DNA of 63,884 nucleotides, filler included, from Ministeria vibrans ATCC 50519 (taxonomy: Eukaryota > Protista > Filasterea), in NCBI GenBank assembly GCA_943704425.1. It is 5 parts of 5 records of this genome, joined end to end, with 100 filler letters (N's around TTAATTAATTAA, not from the genome) between each part and the next. Parts side by side here need not be neighbours in the genome. Positions count along the whole stretch, not along the records: positions 43,694 to 59,876 come from CALSCP010000842.1; positions 59,977 to 62,124 come from CALSCP010002788.1; positions 62,225 to 63,884 come from CALSCP010002717.1; 2 more parts are not named here. The stretch is one strand, 5' to 3'. A program made the position numbers and the translations under genes. This document shows positions 59,637 through 63,884 of this stretch, piece after piece. Below the pieces are notes generated by a model. It did not search any database and was not told the DNA's origin. It saw only the letters and a list, made by a program, of their open reading frames with translations. The number at the start of each line of letters is the position of its first letter. Positions within the stretch are counted from its first letter, which is position 1.

Positions 59637-59679
59637 AGGGTTGGTTTGTTGGGGGTTGTTGTTGTTGTAGACGCACGAT

Positions 59680-59876
59680 TTACTTGGAGGTCGACGTGTA
59701 CTTGGTGACGGCCTTGGTGCCCTCGGAGACGGCGTGCTTGGCGAGCTCACCGGGAAGGAGCAGGCGGACGGCGGTCTGGATTTCGCGGCTCGAGATGGTC
59801 GACTTCTTGTTGACGTAGGCGAGCTTGGAGGCCTCGGCGGCAATGCGCTCGAAGATGTCGTTGACAAACGAGTTCA
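59680..59876 (-). CDS. H2B: Histone H2B, C-terminal part (cut by contig end)
   Basis: [64 protein letters not shown]. Confidence 0.98.
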
Positions 59877-59976
59877 NNNNNNNNNNNNNNNNNNNNNNNN
59901 NNNNNNNNNNNNNNNNNNNNTTAATTAATTAANNNNNNNNNNNNNNNNNNNNNNNNNNNNNNNNNNNNNNNNNNNN
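59877..59976. other. Artificial contig linker
   Basis: N44-TTAATTAATTAA-N44. Confidence 0.97.
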
Positions 59977-60044
59977 CTGCCACTACCGAACGCCCGGCAA
60001 TCCACACAGGAGTTTGCTGGGGAAGGAAGAAATGAATAAAACTG

Positions 60045-60085
60045 AACCCTAACCCTAACCCTAACCCTAACCCTAACCCTAACCC
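60045..60085. repeat. Interstitial telomeric repeat (CCCTAA), about 6.5 copies
   Basis: Perfect AACCCT run flanked by non-telomeric sequence on both sides. Confidence 0.9.
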
Positions 60086-61199
60086 GAAAAAAAAAAAGTA
60101 GTCATACATCAAGTATAGCCCACTGGATACTATCATCATAGGCCGCTGGCGCATTTACACGCACAAAGCATTCATATTTTCCACAAGCACGTATCAACTG
60201 TCACAAGTCATCACAGTTAACACGGTACACCTTGTGTAGCTATCGCAATTACAAACACAAAAGGAGAGGCGGTGCGCAAAAAGCAGTCACAAACAAACAC
60301 CGATAAGCGAACCCAAATAGCTGAAAGGAGTGAGAAAGATGACAGGTTCATGACAGGCAATGCAAGTTCCTGCGCAAGTCACAAAACAGGTGCAGAACAA
60401 ATGTCCAGTACCTACAACACAGTGTCCAGCAAGAAGCGGTCTTTACACAAACCTTCATCAAACTCCCGACGCATACGCATATATAGACACACTCGCCCGT
60501 GCAATCAAAATGCCGAGCGAATCAGGGAAGAGAACGCCTGTGTTCCCATGTAAACACAACCTCTCGACACAAGCGTCCAAACCCTAACTCTAACCCTTAC
60601 GTATTGTCGGTGGCAGCTGAAGTAGAGCAAATCACAAAGAGAAGCTCAGAAGGTGGGAAAAGTGTGTGAGAGATTGAGTGAGTTGAGTGAGTTAGAGTTG
60701 AGAGTTCACTCACTTCAAACAAGTCACAAAATTCACCAATATGTCCAAATTCACCACTACAAAGTCCACACTCTGCGCCCTGCAAGTTGAAGAATTAAAG
60801 AAGAAGAAGAATAATACAACCCATTGGAAGTTGAAGAATAGGCTCACGACCGACACCTCCTTTCCCTAGCTTACTCGAACAGGCAGAGACACACTCGCAC
60901 ATTCATTCTTTGTTAGTCACACAGACATGGACCCAGTGCGCGACCACTGCAACGCGCTGCTTCTTGTGGGCCCTGCTCAACGTCTTTATCTAGGAATTAG
61001 TGTTGAGAGCGCTGGCTTAGTCATTCGTGTTCAGTATGTCCTCGCTGTGCCCCACCACACTTCATCGTCGCTTCCACGAAGAATATGCCCGTCGGTAAAG
61101 AAGCTGGGCGATAATCGACGCACCCCATCGCCCCTGGCCGAGCCTATTTCCACAACATCTTCTGTCTGAGAAAGAGAGGGACAGGACAGAGGAGAGGAT

Positions 61200-61530
61200 G
61201 TTGGCGAGGAGGGAGATGGAGGTTTGCGCGCGGTTGATGCGGGTGGTGATGTGGGTGGTGATGTGTGTGGAGCAGGGGAGGAGGGACACAGAGGTTTGCC
61301 GGCAGTGGATGGTGCGGTTGATGTGGGAGAGGCAGTGTAGGTTTGAGACGGAGGTTTGCGGGTTCTTTGCGGGGGGTGGGTGGTGTGGGTGATGTGTGCG
61401 GAGCAGGAGACGGAGGCTTGCGGGCGGCGGATGCTGCGGCTAATGTGGGTGGGGCCGTGTAGGAGGGAGACGGACGTTTGCGGGAGGTCAATGATGTGGA
61501 TGATGTGGGCAGAGCAGAGGACAAGAGATG
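61200..61530. repeat. Degenerate G-rich tandem repeat of about 60 bp
   Basis: Recurring GAGACGGAGGTTTGCGGG...GATGTGG...G(C/T)AGG blocks, about 5-6 copies. Confidence 0.55.
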
Positions 61531-61636
61531 AAGAGGTTGATGGTTGATGGTAAGGGTGGTATACATGGTGTGTGCTCATTGCTCAAAAACACTTAAGTCT
61601 TAAGTCAATCTTTCTCTGTTTCTTTGTCACAAAAGC

Positions 61637-62098
61637 ATGCTTTCGCTACAGGAACGCATTCAAGAGGCTCGGACGTCCCATTCCTTGGACCTAAGGGAGA
61701 TGGGGCTCACCTCTCTGCCGGACGAAATTCTTGTTCTTGCTGACTCTCTACAGGAATTGCTGTTGACAGGCAACCCGCTTGGGATGATTCCCGACTGGAT
61801 TGGACAGTTCAAGAAGCTCAAGGTATGGAAAGGGGAAGAGAAGGGTGAGGACTTCTCACGGGCCGGCGCTTCTTTTTGTTTTTTTGTTTGTTCTGGACGA
61901 AGCTTCTGGACGTCGGGAAGTGCAAGCTCAAGACGCTCCCGGCAGCCACTTTGGATTTGCGTGAGCACCTGGAGGAGATTACTTACTGGGGGAATGAGGG
62001 ATTCTCGCCGTCTCCCGACAATCTCTGTGCTAGTAAGGGAGATGTTTGGTTGACGAGTGCTAAAACAAAACGTTTGTCTGTAGAAGGTTTGAGATAGA
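61637..62098 (+). CDS. Short LRR protein or truncated LRR (Roco-like) N-terminus
   Basis: LDLREMGLTSLPDEI, LQELLLTGNPLGMIPDWIGQFKKLK-LLDVGKCKLKTLP. It ends close to the contig end and the 3' structure is uncertain. Confidence 0.65.
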
Positions 62099-62124
62099 CT
62101 GGATGATTGCTTCCATTGATTCTA

Positions 62125-62224
62125 NNNNNNNNNNNNNNNNNNNNNNNNNNNNNNNNNNNNNNNNNNNNTTAATTAATTAANNNNNNNNNNNNNNNNNNNN
62201 NNNNNNNNNNNNNNNNNNNNNNNN
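62125..62224. other. Artificial contig linker
   Basis: N44-TTAATTAATTAA-N44. Confidence 0.97.
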
Positions 62225-62511
62225 AGCAGCCTCCCATCCACCACCCTCACCACCCCCACCACCACCATCACCAACAACAACAACAACATCCCCCACAGTT
62301 CCCTTCCGACTCCCAAGACGACTCTTCCGAGCCCGAAACAAGCCCCAGACCAGCTGACTCGGACAATACCTCTCCCTCCGACGACCAACAAGTGACTTCA
62401 CAGCAGAGACCGCCCCACCCCGCCCTACCCGCCTACCAACAGCGCCAAGCTCATCTCGCCCATCAACACCAGCTCCACATGCAACAGCAACAGCATCACC
62501 ACATTCACCCA

Positions 62512-62545
<34 letters not shown>

Positions 62546-62889
62546 TCCATCAACACATGGCCATGCTGCACTTCCAACAGCAGCAACATCACCATCAGCA
62601 GCAGCAACAACAACAGCAGAGCGCACGACCTTCCTCCCCTTCCACCACCACCCACTCCTCTCCCACCATCGCTTCCACTCCTCCCGAGCAGCAGGGCGCC
62701 GTTCCCCCGCACCACTCCATGTTTGCTGCTCCGCGCCCTGCCGCCGTCTCTCCGACCCCCGCTCCCGCTCCCGTCATTGCCCGTCGCTATGGGCCCCTCC
62801 AGCAGCAGCAGCAGCAGCAGCCACAACAACAGCCTAATGTCAAACCTGATGTTCGTTATGCCCGCGCTCCATTTTTCCAATCTCAACCC

Positions 62890-62920
<31 letters not shown>

Positions 62921-63165
62921 AGCAGCAGCAGCAGCAGCATCTGCTCCACCAACAACACCTCCATCACCTTCACCACCTTCAACAACAACAGCACCTCCAT
63001 CACCTCCAACACTCTTCCGCTTCCTCTCCTCCCACCACCACCCCTATCTCCACCACTCCCAACCCCACCACTGCTGACTCTCCCGCTCCCTCATTGTCCT
63101 CCGCCTCCTCTGACCCTCCTGCTCCCTCTGCTGCGTCTCCCACTCCCGACCCAGCCGACCACTAA
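62225..63165 (+). CDS. 3' end of a Q/H/P-rich low-complexity protein (partial)
   Basis: Open frame with mixed CAG/CAA poly-Gln and His tracts, ending at TAA 63165 before an AT-rich 3' region. Confidence 0.7.
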
Positions 63166-63446
63166 CGCCTGGTATGTCACCTCTTCTCTTCACGACTCTT
63201 CTCACTCTTCCACTTGTAGGTCCTCCCCCTTTAGAATTTCTAAATAGTAGTACATTTTCAATACAACCATACATGCATTAAAATAATAATAATTATAATC
63301 ATTATGAAGAATAAAAATATTTATTTTGAAAATACTCATCAAACAAACCAAAAGTCAAAAGTTCAAAACATAATAATAAATATTATTTTATTCCATTTTA
63401 TTGTGTGATGACAACACGAACTCTCCTGAGCTCTCCACCGGAGAGA

Positions 63447-63689
63447 ATGCTTCGGCAAGCAATACAAGTGATACGGCAGCGATCACGTGTCTCTCCAACA
63501 CCGTCTGCGGCCTTCTGCTCCGCTGCAACGACGCGCCAATCGACGCGCGCCGCTGTCGTTCGCGAACTCGGCTCCCTGTCCATCTCTGACTTCCCCTTGG
63601 ACGTCCCGGATGCCGAATCTGGCATGGTTCGCGTTGCTATCAAGGCGTGTGGCGTAAACTTTGCCGATGTTCTCATGCGCGACGGAAAG
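63447..63689 (+). CDS. MDR-family quinone oxidoreductase (VAT-1/QOR-like), first exon, with a mitochondrial-type presequence
   Basis: VRVAIKACGVNFADVLMRDGK followed by a GTAAAT donor; Arg/Ser-rich N-terminus. Confidence 0.85.
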
Positions 63690-63727
63690 GTAAATTTAAC
63701 ACACAAACCGTCCCTCTGTCACACTGT

Positions 63728-63792
<65 letters not shown>

Positions 63793-63884
63793 AACTCTCT
63801 CTTGAACTCTCTCTCTCTCTTGAACTCTCTCTCTCTCTCTCTTGAACTCTCTTGAACTCTCTCTCTCTCTTGAACTCTCTCTCT

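Overview
This is a compact, intron-rich eukaryotic genome segment. GT-AG introns are packed with GA/CA/AAT microsatellites. The gene set (beta-TrCP, Tweety, GPR155, SLC12A9, SLC41, cyclin C, Capicua/Sox-type HMG box) suggests a unicellular opisthokont or holozoan such as a choanoflagellate-like protist; this is inference only. The window is five assembly pieces joined by artificial 100-bp N/TTAATTAATTAA/N linkers (26778, 43594, 59877, 62125), so adjacency across linkers is not biological. About 30 protein genes can be reconstructed by manual splicing, including pelota, a MARVEL protein, an LRR receptor kinase, SLC12A9, a carboxylesterase, beta-TrCP, gluconokinase, Ku70 (partial), cyclin C, CMS1, GPR155, RPL17, Tweety, YIPF5, SLC41, ISCA2, a PPTase, a PHD protein, an RRM protein, a TauD-like dioxygenase, USP and H2B (partial). 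Main observations: (1) a non-RD LRR-EGF/furin-TM receptor kinase with plant PRR-like architecture; (2) a Capicua/Sox-type HMG-box gene missed by the ORF track; (3) a dispersed intronic GA-embedded AACAAAGTGATA repeat family in at least 6 genes; (4) a duplicated histone 3' stem-loop plus a second conserved hairpin behind H2B; (5) a palindromic 43-bp tandem array next to a hAT-like terminus; (6) several domain-stripped proteins (WRNIP1-like without ATPase, SET3/MLL5-like without SET, coilin-N without Tudor). All gene models are manual and no searches were run.
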